Shown one piece after another: positions 17,671 through 26,661 of a stretch of DNA of 64,000 nucleotides; the stretch's first letter is position 1; every line of letters starts with the position of its first letter. Location: the IMG/VR virus record IMGVR_UViG_3300010244_000098, one strand, 5' to 3'. This DNA comes from a virus. The notes below the pieces were generated by a model that made no database searches, was not told the DNA's origin, and was given only the letters and a program-made list of their open reading frames with translations. Made by a program: the position numbers and the translations under genes.

Positions 17671-18657
17671 ATGGCTCAAAAACCTCAAACGTATCGGGTT
17701 GGTTCGCTCCATTGGAAACGAGGCTTTCAAGATTTACCTACATTGCTTGATTACAGCAGTGACGGAGACATTTTGTCTTTCCCATCAAGAATCAGCACGG
17801 TTCAGACACATATGCCTCTGCATCAATCGTTGACCCTCAAGGGAAAAAAGAGAAGCGTTATTTTGATGAACTCACCCGGGTCTCATTCACGTTCGTTTCA
17901 ACAGCCCGGTTTTATGATTCCGAGCACTCAACAGGTCAAGTTTGAAAATCTAACCATAACGCTGGAACCAGAAACATACGGGATTGACCTGCCCTCCTCT
18001 TTTGACGGCCGGTTGATTCTTAACCACGTCACCATGAACCATGAACGACGTGTTCTTTACCAGGACAACCGCCCTGGGTTTCCGGCCATAAGATCCAAAG
18101 GGAAAGGAATGTTGTTCATCAACAAGTCGACCGTTGATTATGTCGACATAGACGCCCCAAATATGGCCGTGAAGGTCAACCAGAGTCAAATAGGTACATT
18201 CACCCAGCAGAGTGTTATTCGGGCTAAAACCATTGAAATAAGCCAATCACATATGGATAACACACTCTTGTCTTCAAATAAAATTAAAATTGCAGACAAT
18301 TCAACACACGGCGGGTTGGGATTGAAAGGACGCGCCCAGGTGCTCCGAACATCCTTCCTGCCTCTAAATGCGCCTAAACCGGAGCTGTATCCTCTTGCTC
18401 TAACGTACTTGCTGATACTTAGCGGAAGTCAAATCAACATGATTGACGTTTTATCAGAAATCCCTGATACTCCGCCTTATTACCGGCATTTTGATATCCG
18501 CGACAGTCAGGTAAAGATTGAAGGAACCGGCGGTCTAGCCCCGCAGGCTTTGTCGAGTGTTTCTGCTGACAGCACCGTTCGAAGCCACGGCGACCAATGG
18601 CTCCATGACCCGACAGCGGCACAACTACAAAGTGAAATCGACCAATTATACACATAG
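17671..18657 (+). CDS. Hypothetical protein, possible right-handed beta-helix fold
   Basis: Repeating short beta-strand pattern (LTLKG, VKFENLTI, LILNHVTM, LFINKSTV, VKVNQSQI, IEISQSHM); fold call is by eye only. Confidence 0.5.
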   Translation: MAQKPQTYRVGSLHWKRGFQDLPTLLDYSSDGDILSFPSRISTVQTHMPLHQSLTLKGKKRSVILMNSPGSHSRSFQQPGFMIPSTQQVKFENLTITLEPETYGIDLPSSFDGRLILNHVTMNHERRVLYQDNRPGFPAIRSKGKGMLFINKSTVDYVDIDAPNMAVKVNQSQIGTFTQQSVIRAKTIEISQSHMDNTLLSSNKIKIADNSTHGGLGLKGRAQVLRTSFLPLNAPKPELYPLALTYLLILSGSQINMIDVLSEIPDTPPYYRHFDIRDSQVKIEGTGGLAPQALSSVSADSTVRSHGDQWLHDPTAAQLQSEIDQLYT

Positions 18658-18669
18658 AAGGAGAATTCA

Positions 18670-19233
18670 ATGTCTCAATATTACAACACGTCAAGTGACC
18701 AAAATGAAAACTTAAATAAAGACAATATTCCTAAAGAAGCTTGGGAAGAACACGACAAAATCAACATGGAAACAGGAACAAACCGTTATCTGCAAATGCG
18801 TATGAAAGAAACGCTGGATACTGTAGGTGGTGAGGTCACAGACGCTCACGAAAACGACGAACCTTTCAATACCCTTGTTGTTTTACTGGTACGAAACGGA
18901 AAACAAACGTCGGAAGACTCAGAAGACGACGAAGGAATCGAGCGCTACTCCACACATATCGGAAGTCGAGAATACGCAATTGATCTAGGTGTTCAGTTTG
19001 CTATTGAGTCCTCGAAAGATATCTTAAATGATCTAATCGACAACAACCCGGGTATGTCAAAAGATGAATACCGCCGTTTGGAAAAAGGAATGGGTTTTAA
19101 CATTATTAAACGGATCATTGACGAGTTTAACCTGACCGATGAGGATATTGACCTCAATTCCCTCAAAGGAAGTCTATCGGACGCCGTTAACGTAACTGAT
19201 GAATTTGGTAACAATATCGATTTAGACGAATAA
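18670..19233 (+). CDS. Hypothetical acidic protein
   Basis: AAGGAG RBS; last gene before a bidirectional terminator. Confidence 0.7.
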   Translation: MSQYYNTSSDQNENLNKDNIPKEAWEEHDKINMETGTNRYLQMRMKETLDTVGGEVTDAHENDEPFNTLVVLLVRNGKQTSEDSEDDEGIERYSTHIGSREYAIDLGVQFAIESSKDILNDLIDNNPGMSKDEYRRLEKGMGFNIIKRIIDEFNLTDEDIDLNSLKGSLSDAVNVTDEFGNNIDLDE

Positions 19234-19239
19234 TATACA

Positions 19240-19280
19240 AAAAAGGCAAGCCCATTTACAGGGGTTGCCTTTCTTTTTTG
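19240..19280. terminator. Bidirectional intrinsic terminator
   Basis: AAGGCAAGCCC-atttaca-GGGGTTGCCTT flanked by A and T runs, between convergent genes. Confidence 0.75.
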
Positions 19281-19311
19281 CAGTATTGGTTATGTACCGC
19301 GTACTATCTTT

Positions 19312-20037
19312 TTACCGAACATTACCTTTTACTGAAGCCATTTCTAAAGACCCAGATCCTGGTTGATTAGCCAAGTCGATGTATGGCTCATAAGCGTCCA
19401 TATGTATAAAATCGTCATTGATATAGACAGTAGACGCATTTTCGTAAAACGCCATTGGGGATTCAGACAGTGCCTCAACATTTAAGTTTTTCAATTCGTC
19501 TCTTCGATATTCAACTGCCATGCTGTTTGTTACGTCAGTTTTACCTTCTTCATTCTCCACTGGGACAAGTTGACGGAAAATAATCCCTTCCGAATAGTCC
19601 TCAATGTTCTCCTGTAAGAAAGCGGCAGCCTCTTTCGCAAATAATTCTGGGTTATGAGTTATCTCTTGTTCCGAGTAATTATTCGTTAAAAGATTATCAA
19701 CCCCAGTTATCGGATCCTCAAGAAAATAAGAAGCTTCTCTTTCTCTAGCTCGTTGTTCAATCTTTGCCTCTTTTTTAGCAAAGTAATCATCATTGCTATC
19801 GTCCGCTTCTGCACTACTAAAGAGTGTTGAGCCAAACACGAGAAGTGTTCCTAAACCGAACACGATAGTGCCGAATTTTCCCCATTTTACCCCCTGGTCT
19901 TTCTTGTTTCTGCGGGAGAAAAACCATAGGGTTCCACTGATAATTAATAAAACCGGAAATAAAACCGTTTGAAAAGCCAACAGCAAAGTAACGCCGACCG
20001 CTGCGACAAGTAATCCGATTATGCCACGTAATGCCAT
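19312..20037 (-). CDS. Membrane-anchored hypothetical protein
   Basis: N-terminal hydrophobic segments followed by an acidic soluble domain; GGAGGAGG RBS. Confidence 0.7.
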   Translation of the reverse strand: MALRGIIGLLVAAVGVTLLLAFQTVLFPVLLIISGTLWFFSRRNKKDQGVKWGKFGTIVFGLGTLLVFGSTLFSSAEADDSNDDYFAKKEAKIEQRAREREASYFLEDPITGVDNLLTNNYSEQEITHNPELFAKEAAAFLQENIEDYSEGIIFRQLVPVENEEGKTDVTNSMAVEYRRDELKNLNVEALSESPMAFYENASTVYINDDFIHMDAYEPYIDLANQPGSGSLEMASVKGNVR

Positions 20038-20083
20038 TGTTTCACGCCTCCTCCATCTTCCTTATTATTTTTGATCTTGCTCA

Positions 20084-22042
20084 TTATACATTTAATGTTT
20101 CACGGATGCCATCCTGTAATCGTTTTGTTTGCTGACGAACATCTCCAATAAATTGATTGGCTTGATCCATGGTGTCTATCGAATCCAACTCATGTTGCCA
20201 ATCAGCCGTTTGATCCATGTTGATCCACGATTCATCCAACATGTAATCAACGATGCTTATCAGATCAGGATTGATTCGCAATGCTTTTTTGGATGTAACA
20301 ATGCCTTTTTTGTCCAGCATAACCGAAATTGTTTTATCTCTTGTGGAACTTGTTCCTTCGTTGCGTTGTTTTAATTTACTCAACAAACTAGACTCCGTTA
20401 ATAAACTTGGTTGTTTTGCCGGAACTTCTGTTACGTCATAGCTGACACGTTGTTTTCCGTACTCTGGAACGTCATCGGATTTTTGAATATCGCCGTTAAG
20501 CAGTCGCCACCCCTGCTCTTTCACCTGTGTATACGTCTGCTCGAATAAAAAGGTTTCCTGATACGGAAATGCTCGGGCGTGATGCTTAACCGATTTAGTA
20601 TCTGTTAAAAACAGTGTCATAGTTTGATACAAGTCCACCAGGTATAAAGCCATTTCTGCTTCACTCAACCCGTCTAGGATTTTCTGAGTCACCGATGTCT
20701 CCTCGTTAGGAACCAACGCAAAGTGAGGAACAACTTTCGTATCGTCAACCCATTTTTTATTGGCTTTACGGTCAATATGGAACCCAACTTTGGCTGATCC
20801 ATCTGTGACCTTTTGTGCATTTCGTTGAATCTCAGATTGAATCAATTGAACCACAATATCCTGTTGGACATATTGTTTTAAGTTATTGAACCCTTCGTTT
20901 CCTATGTACTGACTATCTGATCTTGGGTATGAAACGATTTTATGTATTTCGTAGTCATTTTGTAACGCTTGGTTCCAATCTGCCCCGGAGACATTGGTTC
21001 GCTTATCAACAGCGACTAATAATTCTGAACGAGAGAACAATTTCGGAGGGAGCGAGCTATTCTCTTTTGTTTCTCCCTGAACATCAAGAGCGGTCGGAAG
21101 GTCATTGTTTTGAATAAACGCATGGGCTTTTTCCTTCGTGTCGAACAGTAAAGCGTCCGTTCCTTTGAGCTTCACGCCATTTTCGGTGACTAAATCCACA
21201 CGGTATTTAGAACTGGGTACAAATTCATCGTGGGCTCTTTCAGCACGGCGTACATGCCCTAATATTGTATTCTTCAACCGTCCCCAAACACCGTTGACGG
21301 ACGAATTTATATCCCCAATTTGCTGAGAGACTAAACTACCGAGAAGACTGTAGGTCATACCGTACTCATAATCCGCAACAGCACGAGCATAACCTTTAGG
21401 CTGTAACCCCAAATAAAAGTTTCCTAACGAGTCCCCCGGGTCCATCTTGTCATATCTCTGCAGAGTCTTTTGAAACATTGATTGAATCGATTTTTTATCC
21501 ATACTGGCCGGCAATACACGGTAAAGTTGGTCTTTTGTAAGGTCTTTTTCTTTCAACATGACGTGACGGAAGTTTTGGAAAATCATTTCCCCTTCAGCGT
21601 CTCCATCTGTTCCCACAACGACTCTTTTAGCTCGTCGTGCTAATTTCTTAAGGTTGTTTGCTATGAACGTATGATTCTTTGTCCGCGTCTCATATTTAAT
21701 ACCGCGTGGTTGATTTGTATCCAGTTGGACAGGATAAACGTCCAACATGTCTTTATCTGATTTCCATCCGGAACGAACAACCATACCCCAGTCGTCTGTT
21801 TCCTCTCCTCCTTTGCGGTCATAGCGATCGCTTTGTTTATTCGGAGGAGACATTTCAAATAAGTGACCCTGAGCACGAGTAATAAGGACAGTTCCGCCTA
21901 AAATTGAGCTGAGTTGATGTCCGCCGTACCCGCCATTAACCGTGCCTCCTGTTGGTTTTCCTTTATCGAACAATGCCTCGGCATAACTTTGTGCTTGTGT
22001 TTCTTTTTCTGCAATAATTAACCAATCAATATCTTTTGGCAT
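20084..22042 (-). CDS. topB: Type IA DNA topoisomerase (TopB/Topo III-like)
   Basis: TOPRIM motifs WLIIAEK, AQGHL, VVGTDGDAEGE; active-site IVSYPRSDSQY; HFALVP; EGTSSTRDKTI. Start moved to ATG 22042 (AAAGGAAGGA RBS). Confidence 0.88.
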   Translation of the reverse strand: MPKDIDWLIIAEKETQAQSYAEALFDKGKPTGGTVNGGYGGHQLSSILGGTVLITRAQGHLFEMSPPNKQSDRYDRKGGEETDDWGMVVRSGWKSDKDMLDVYPVQLDTNQPRGIKYETRTKNHTFIANNLKKLARRAKRVVVGTDGDAEGEMIFQNFRHVMLKEKDLTKDQLYRVLPASMDKKSIQSMFQKTLQRYDKMDPGDSLGNFYLGLQPKGYARAVADYEYGMTYSLLGSLVSQQIGDINSSVNGVWGRLKNTILGHVRRAERAHDEFVPSSKYRVDLVTENGVKLKGTDALLFDTKEKAHAFIQNNDLPTALDVQGETKENSSLPPKLFSRSELLVAVDKRTNVSGADWNQALQNDYEIHKIVSYPRSDSQYIGNEGFNNLKQYVQQDIVVQLIQSEIQRNAQKVTDGSAKVGFHIDRKANKKWVDDTKVVPHFALVPNEETSVTQKILDGLSEAEMALYLVDLYQTMTLFLTDTKSVKHHARAFPYQETFLFEQTYTQVKEQGWRLLNGDIQKSDDVPEYGKQRVSYDVTEVPAKQPSLLTESSLLSKLKQRNEGTSSTRDKTISVMLDKKGIVTSKKALRINPDLISIVDYMLDESWINMDQTADWQHELDSIDTMDQANQFIGDVRQQTKRLQDGIRETLNV

Positions 22043-22145
22043 AATTGTCCAATCCTTCCTTTCTTTCTTCGATTTTTTCACTCTATGTAAATACGATATG
22101 GAAGCTGAGAACCTAGATGAAAGGTGTACCCTTTCGGGTTGCTTT

Positions 22146-22529
22146 TCACCAGATTGTTTCCTCATTCCATTGAGGATTCTTTATCTGTTCACTTCCATGT
22201 GTCTGCCACCCTAGTTCTTTCAGTTCCTGTTCAGAACAATTTGACTCTATCGCATCAAGGACTTGCTCCACAAAAAAAGCGGACTTGGCTATAACGCCAA
22301 CCCCGCCCTGCTCTGTAATATGAGCTAGATGCTTCTTCTGCAAGAAAGAAATTGTTGAACGGCCCTTGCCGGGTTGTTTGTTTTCAATAAATAATGGAAA
22401 CCCCCGGTAACATGCAATAATATCTGGAACACCACTGGGATTATGTTGGGCAGAATAGTTTTTATACCCCCATGCTCCGCGCTCTTTCAAAAGAGCCAGC
22501 ACGGCATTATCCACTTGTTTCTCTCTCAT
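22146..22529 (-). CDS. VRR-NUC (PD-(D/E)XK) nuclease, Holliday-junction resolvase-like
   Basis: MREKQV...SGVPDIIACYRG..LFIENKQPG...LQKKHL...GG pattern. Confidence 0.85.
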   Translation of the reverse strand: MREKQVDNAVLALLKERGAWGYKNYSAQHNPSGVPDIIACYRGFPLFIENKQPGKGRSTISFLQKKHLAHITEQGGVGVIAKSAFFVEQVLDAIESNCSEQELKELGWQTHGSEQIKNPQWNEETIW

Positions 22530-22537
22530 GCTATCAC

Positions 22538-22999
22538 CTACGCTTTAGATGGCTGTTTGTCAGACTTCTTCCCTTGTTCTTTCTTCCGGCGAATGGTTTC
22601 GTTTTCGCCGTCTAATTTCCCTAAAAACGGCAGTTTTTTTCCGCTTTTTGTCTCAGGAGCTACGTCTGTATAAAAAGACAGGTAAGCATTGTAAGTTCCT
22701 TCTTTTTTAGAATATTTGGAATACTCCAAGCCTTTAGCCAATACTTCTTCACCTTCAAACAATGGTTTGATAACCGTGTCAAAATCTTCGTTCATTCCTC
22801 TGCGCGGATACAATCGAATATCTGTCGGTTTGATATCCAGTTCTGAAACAGGCTGTGTCGTATAATAATACTTCACTGTGGTTTGTCCTTTATACTCTTT
22901 CGTTTCTGTAATATAAGCGATTTGAATATCTTCAATAATCTGGTCTCCATATTTCAAGTCTGCTGACCCTACGACCTCACGTTCACGCTGTGTCGCCAT
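22538..22999 (-). CDS. Hypothetical protein
   Basis: Coupled ORF in the minus-strand operon with a GGAGGA RBS. Confidence 0.7.
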   Translation of the reverse strand: MATQREREVVGSADLKYGDQIIEDIQIAYITETKEYKGQTTVKYYYTTQPVSELDIKPTDIRLYPRRGMNEDFDTVIKPLFEGEEVLAKGLEYSKYSKKEGTYNAYLSFYTDVAPETKSGKKLPFLGKLDGENETIRRKKEQGKKSDKQPSKA

Positions 23000-23275
23000 T
23001 TAAACATCCTCCTGTTCGTTATTCGTTAATTCATCATTGTTTGAAACAGCTTGGTTATCTTCTTGAACATTCTCATCTTCAGAGGTTCCCTCGATATTTC
23101 GTTTTGTTTGTTTTAAATCGTCCGCCACATTAAACTGCGAGGTTTTCAAATCCAATTGATCTGAAATATACGCACCCATAGACGAATAGCCTAGATAGGT
23201 GGACCGCATACGTAACTCTTCTAATTCTTCTTTTGTGTCGAAAGATATATTTGTACGACTTCGTTCACTCATCAT
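23000..23275 (-). CDS. Small RHH/CopG-like DNA-binding protein
   Basis: RTNISFDTKEELEELRMRSTYLGYSSMGAYISDQL: beta strand plus two helices. Confidence 0.55.
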   Translation of the reverse strand: MMSERSRTNISFDTKEELEELRMRSTYLGYSSMGAYISDQLDLKTSQFNVADDLKQTKRNIEGTSEDENVQEDNQAVSNNDELTNNEQEDV

Positions 23276-23296
23276 ATCACCCCGGTTTTTTTCTTA

Positions 23297-23722
23297 TTAT
23301 CCAATCATTTTTACAGCGTTCACAAACAACACAATTGAAGCAATCAACAAGGATCCAAATCCGATGACATACAGTGCTGATTGAATATTGTTTGTCGGCT
23401 GGTGCAGTAACAATCGCGCCCACAGAGGGAGAGGTTTATAAGTACGGACTCTTTCTCTATGGTCTATTTCTTCGACACAATCACGGATACGTTGACGAGT
23501 CAGCCCTTCTAAACGAGAAACATGCAGTAAATCATCGGCCTGTTTATTCTGTTCATCGTCCCAATAAGTAAAATCAGCGTAGGGATTTACCTCCTCTTTT
23601 GCTTCATCTGGAAATTGGATCCAATCCCCAGGCTTATTTGTGTCATGCCCGTGTTGCTTCTTATCTGATTGATAGCCCATATTAAGTATTCCACCTTCTT
23701 CCCTATGTATCGAAATGTACAA
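23297..23722 (-). CDS. Hypothetical protein with a C-terminal TM helix
   Basis: ORF with a hydrophobic C-terminus; the start may be ATG 23680. Confidence 0.6.
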   Translation of the reverse strand: MYISIHREEGGILNMGYQSDKKQHGHDTNKPGDWIQFPDEAKEEVNPYADFTYWDDEQNKQADDLLHVSRLEGLTRQRIRDCVEEIDHRERVRTYKPLPLWARLLLHQPTNNIQSALYVIGFGSLLIASIVLFVNAVKMIG

Positions 23723-23786
23723 CGCACATAAACATCAATATGTTATATATTCATTTTACACGAAATGTTTATGAAACACAATATAA

Positions 23787-23814
23787 CAAAAACCCTTCAT
23801 TTTAAGGGTTTTTG
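23787..23814. terminator. Intrinsic terminator
   Basis: Perfect CAAAAACCCTT-catttt-AAGGGTTTTTG. Confidence 0.75.
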
Positions 23815-23822
23815 CAAAGTAT

Positions 23823-24182
23823 TCAGATAGCGAGCTCGTCCACAATGACATCTAAGGCGTGCATGGCGCACAAAAGCGATATGTAACGTTCTTCCTCACT
23901 CATTTGAATAATCAATTGACTTGTTGTTTGGACACGCTCGCGAATACGTCCATCTGTGTGGTTGTTGCTTGCGACACTGTTTGTTTCGTCTAATAAGTAA
24001 ATAGATTTTCTGGCATTTTTATCATAATCATGTCGAATATGATTTGTTTGAGCGTAAGAAATTAAAAAACGAACCAACGGAACAAAAGCGATATCTACAG
24101 ACTGAGATTCTGTCCATTGGACTAACGACTCTTTGACTTCATCATGAAGTGGTATGTAACAATGTTTTCGGATCTTCTTCAC
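23823..24182 (-). CDS. Hypothetical protein, possibly tandem RHH-like
   Basis: Start moved to GTG 24182 (GGAGG 7 nt upstream); KHCYIPLHDEVKESL...LVRFLI and RKSIYLLDE resemble RHH beta-strand/helix starts. Confidence 0.45.
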   Translation of the reverse strand: MKKIRKHCYIPLHDEVKESLVQWTESQSVDIAFVPLVRFLISYAQTNHIRHDYDKNARKSIYLLDETNSVASNNHTDGRIRERVQTTSQLIIQMSEEERYISLLCAMHALDVIVDELAI

Positions 24183-24313
24183 CAAGATGCCTCCTTTTTT
24201 CTGTGTGATTAGGGGAGGAAGAATTCTAACCCTATTGTACCTTAAAACACACCTTGAAAAAAAGACCGTAAAAAGAGGCGCCATTAAGCACCTCTTTACA
24301 CATATGTTCTTTT

Positions 24314-25939
24314 TTAAACACTCGGTACGGAAGGCCCGTCCATATTCATGATAGGTTCCGGTTGTTTATGATTCATAATTGCTTGTTTCGAATAATTGTT
24401 TTCCAACTCCACCAATTGAATCAAAGCTTCAGTGTCAGCTTCGTATGAACCAAATGCAGAGTTTGCTGATTGCGGTCCATAAGCATAAGCCGCAATAGGC
24501 ACGTCTTGGTCCAAGTCGATATAACCCCCGTGATCCATATCTGCTCCGTTAAATTCCTTATTGATCGAGCTTTCTTGTCTCAGTTCCGATGTTTTTCTAT
24601 GATCCGCCTCTGTTTGGTTTTCATGGCCCGAATCCCCATCCGGTGACGAACTCGTATTATAGTTGTCGGGGTCGACTTCTTTTTCAAATTCGTTCTTTGT
24701 TAATCCGTCCTCGGGTTTAGTCAACGGAGGGTTCTTAGCCAAATACAAACTTAATCGTTTTGACGGAGAGGGTCGGTCGAAAGACTCTCTCATTTTTTCA
24801 TGGAAGACCTCTGTTGTTTCTGATTCACCGCGTTCTTCACTTAGGTATTCATAAAGTTCTTTCGCTCGGTCTTTATAGTCATGGCTATCCATTTGACCAT
24901 TGGATTCAGCCAACGCTGATTCGGCCTTCATATCCATCATATAACGGTAATAAGCTGAGTTCCGAACAAAAGATACCCCGCCATTTTTGGTCGGGATCGT
25001 GAAATCACTTGTCTCCATATAAGCCATGCGGTCGGCGCCTTCCGGGTCAACTTGCTCGTTAACAGATAATGATTCATATCCGATTTTTCTCCCGTGAACA
25101 TCCTGCATTGTTTGGTTAAAGTGGTCTCGTTCTTGATGTTTTTCCTTTAAACGTTGAGCCATGTTTTCAATGATTGAATCCTCCGGGTTTTCTTCGGTGG
25201 GTTGAGGTTCAGAGTCCCGTTCTTCAAAACCCTCCCGAACTCTTTGCCGGAACGATTGAAACGTATCTGCTCCCCGGTCAACAATATCCTGACCCCGCGA
25301 CCGATATGTTTCGTATTCGTCTTTTACTCCTTGACGAACATACTGTACAAATTTCGGCAGGCCGAAACCTTTTTCTTTTGCATCTCGTACATTTTTCCCA
25401 AGATCTTCAAAAGTCTTTTGGACATTCTCTTTAGCTTGACGTACCCGGTCTTTGATTCTGTTGATAAACTCTTGCCGTTGAGCTTCTTTATCTCTTTGTT
25501 GCTCCACCAAGTTTTGTAGTTTTTCTTGGTCATGATTCATGCGGTCCTGGTGGAGATCTATAAAAGAATGCTCCTTTTCCACCTTGCCCTGCAGACGATT
25601 CTTACGTTGAGTATACACAAAGCCTGTCGCCTTTTTGAAAGGTTTCGTTATTTTAGAGGAGGTTCGTGTGAAAAAACCAGGTTGATTACCGGTCTCCTCT
25701 TGCTCCTTTTTTCGTTGAAAACTCGCTTCGGCTTCGCGATCCGGCTCCTGGTGAGGAGCTGTCGACGACTGCCTTCCTTGACCCATGAACGACGTCACAC
25801 GGTCATAATCCGCCTGCGCCTGTTGAACACTTGAGCGGGTATATTGCAATAACGCAGGTTCCTTTCCTGCGAACATACTTTGTGAAAAATCTTCGTCGTA
25901 TGCTTGTTGAATTAGTTGACTGTCAGTTTGATACGCCAT
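24314..25939 (-). CDS. Large charged coiled-coil/low-complexity protein (541 aa)
   Basis: Long ORF rich in E/Q/K/R; ends ...MDGPSVPSV. Confidence 0.75.
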   Translation of the reverse strand: MAYQTDSQLIQQAYDEDFSQSMFAGKEPALLQYTRSSVQQAQADYDRVTSFMGQGRQSSTAPHQEPDREAEASFQRKKEQEETGNQPGFFTRTSSKITKPFKKATGFVYTQRKNRLQGKVEKEHSFIDLHQDRMNHDQEKLQNLVEQQRDKEAQRQEFINRIKDRVRQAKENVQKTFEDLGKNVRDAKEKGFGLPKFVQYVRQGVKDEYETYRSRGQDIVDRGADTFQSFRQRVREGFEERDSEPQPTEENPEDSIIENMAQRLKEKHQERDHFNQTMQDVHGRKIGYESLSVNEQVDPEGADRMAYMETSDFTIPTKNGGVSFVRNSAYYRYMMDMKAESALAESNGQMDSHDYKDRAKELYEYLSEERGESETTEVFHEKMRESFDRPSPSKRLSLYLAKNPPLTKPEDGLTKNEFEKEVDPDNYNTSSSPDGDSGHENQTEADHRKTSELRQESSINKEFNGADMDHGGYIDLDQDVPIAAYAYGPQSANSAFGSYEADTEALIQLVELENNYSKQAIMNHKQPEPIMNMDGPSVPSV

Positions 25940-25963
25940 GTTTTAACACCCCATATAGTCATT

Positions 25964-26539
25964 TTAAATCGGCATAGACGGATAGTCGTCTTCTTGCGAT
26001 TTTGATTGTCCATTGTCTTTATTAAATTGAGACTGAAATGCTCGTTGACGGGCCCTCTCCAATGACTCCGTTCCGTATTTTGTCTCGTTTTCTAAAACAT
26101 CAGCCAGCAGTTTCGCATCTTTTTTGGAATACCCCATATCTTTTTGGAATGTGTGACGGGTTTTCCGATTGGTTCTTTTATGCCGGAGGTTATTTTCTCC
26201 CCGTTCCATCGCATAGGCCATCTGATCGTGCATCATTTTACCCAAACCTTCCATTGGGTCGTCACTAGTTAACGCTGTAAGCACGCCGGATTTTCCGTCG
26301 TCCCCTTTTGGCGCATACTCATCTTTGAATTTAGATAATCCTCCGGGTCGTTCCCACTCTATGCGTTTTTTTCTTTCAGCGTCTTCGAGCTCGTCACGAA
26401 TGTGGTCATTTTCTAATTGACGAACTAAATCTCTTGTGTGACGTAATGTTTTCTGATCTTCACTAAAACCAAGGACAGAATCTTCCTCTTTTAACGTTTC
26501 CTCATCGCTTAATGTATTATAATTATCATGATCAGCCAT
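25964..26539 (-). CDS. Hypothetical charged protein (191 aa)
   Basis: AAAGGAG RBS; ends ...EDDYPSMPI. Confidence 0.75.
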   Translation of the reverse strand: MADHDNYNTLSDEETLKEEDSVLGFSEDQKTLRHTRDLVRQLENDHIRDELEDAERKKRIEWERPGGLSKFKDEYAPKGDDGKSGVLTALTSDDPMEGLGKMMHDQMAYAMERGENNLRHKRTNRKTRHTFQKDMGYSKKDAKLLADVLENETKYGTESLERARQRAFQSQFNKDNGQSKSQEDDYPSMPI

Positions 26540-26577
26540 CCAAACATTCTCCTTTCGGTTCTTTGTTGATTATATTT

Positions 26578-26619
26578 AGTTTAACACAGGGTTTTTTACT
26601 CCTATGGAATTTTTCACAA
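26578..26619 (-). promoter_or_regulatory. Promoter with extended -10 and the conserved 21-bp upstream box
   Basis: Minus strand: TTGTGAAAAATTCCATAGGAG (26599-26619), 11 nt, GTGtTAAACT (-10 at 26578-26583). Confidence 0.6.
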
Positions 26620-26621
26620 CA

Positions 26622-26652
26622 GAAAAGGACAGTGGAAGCCCACTGCCCTTGT
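26622..26652 (-). terminator. Terminator after the RNAP gene
   Basis: AAGG-A-CAGTGG-aagc-CCACTG-C-CCTT hairpin with a T-run on the minus strand. Confidence 0.6.
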
Positions 26653-26661
26653 TCATCCTTA

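Noticed and set aside
22043-22165. N-terminal extension of topB overlapping the VRR-NUC gene
   Set aside because: The TOPRIM motif starts right after Met at 22042, which has a strong RBS.
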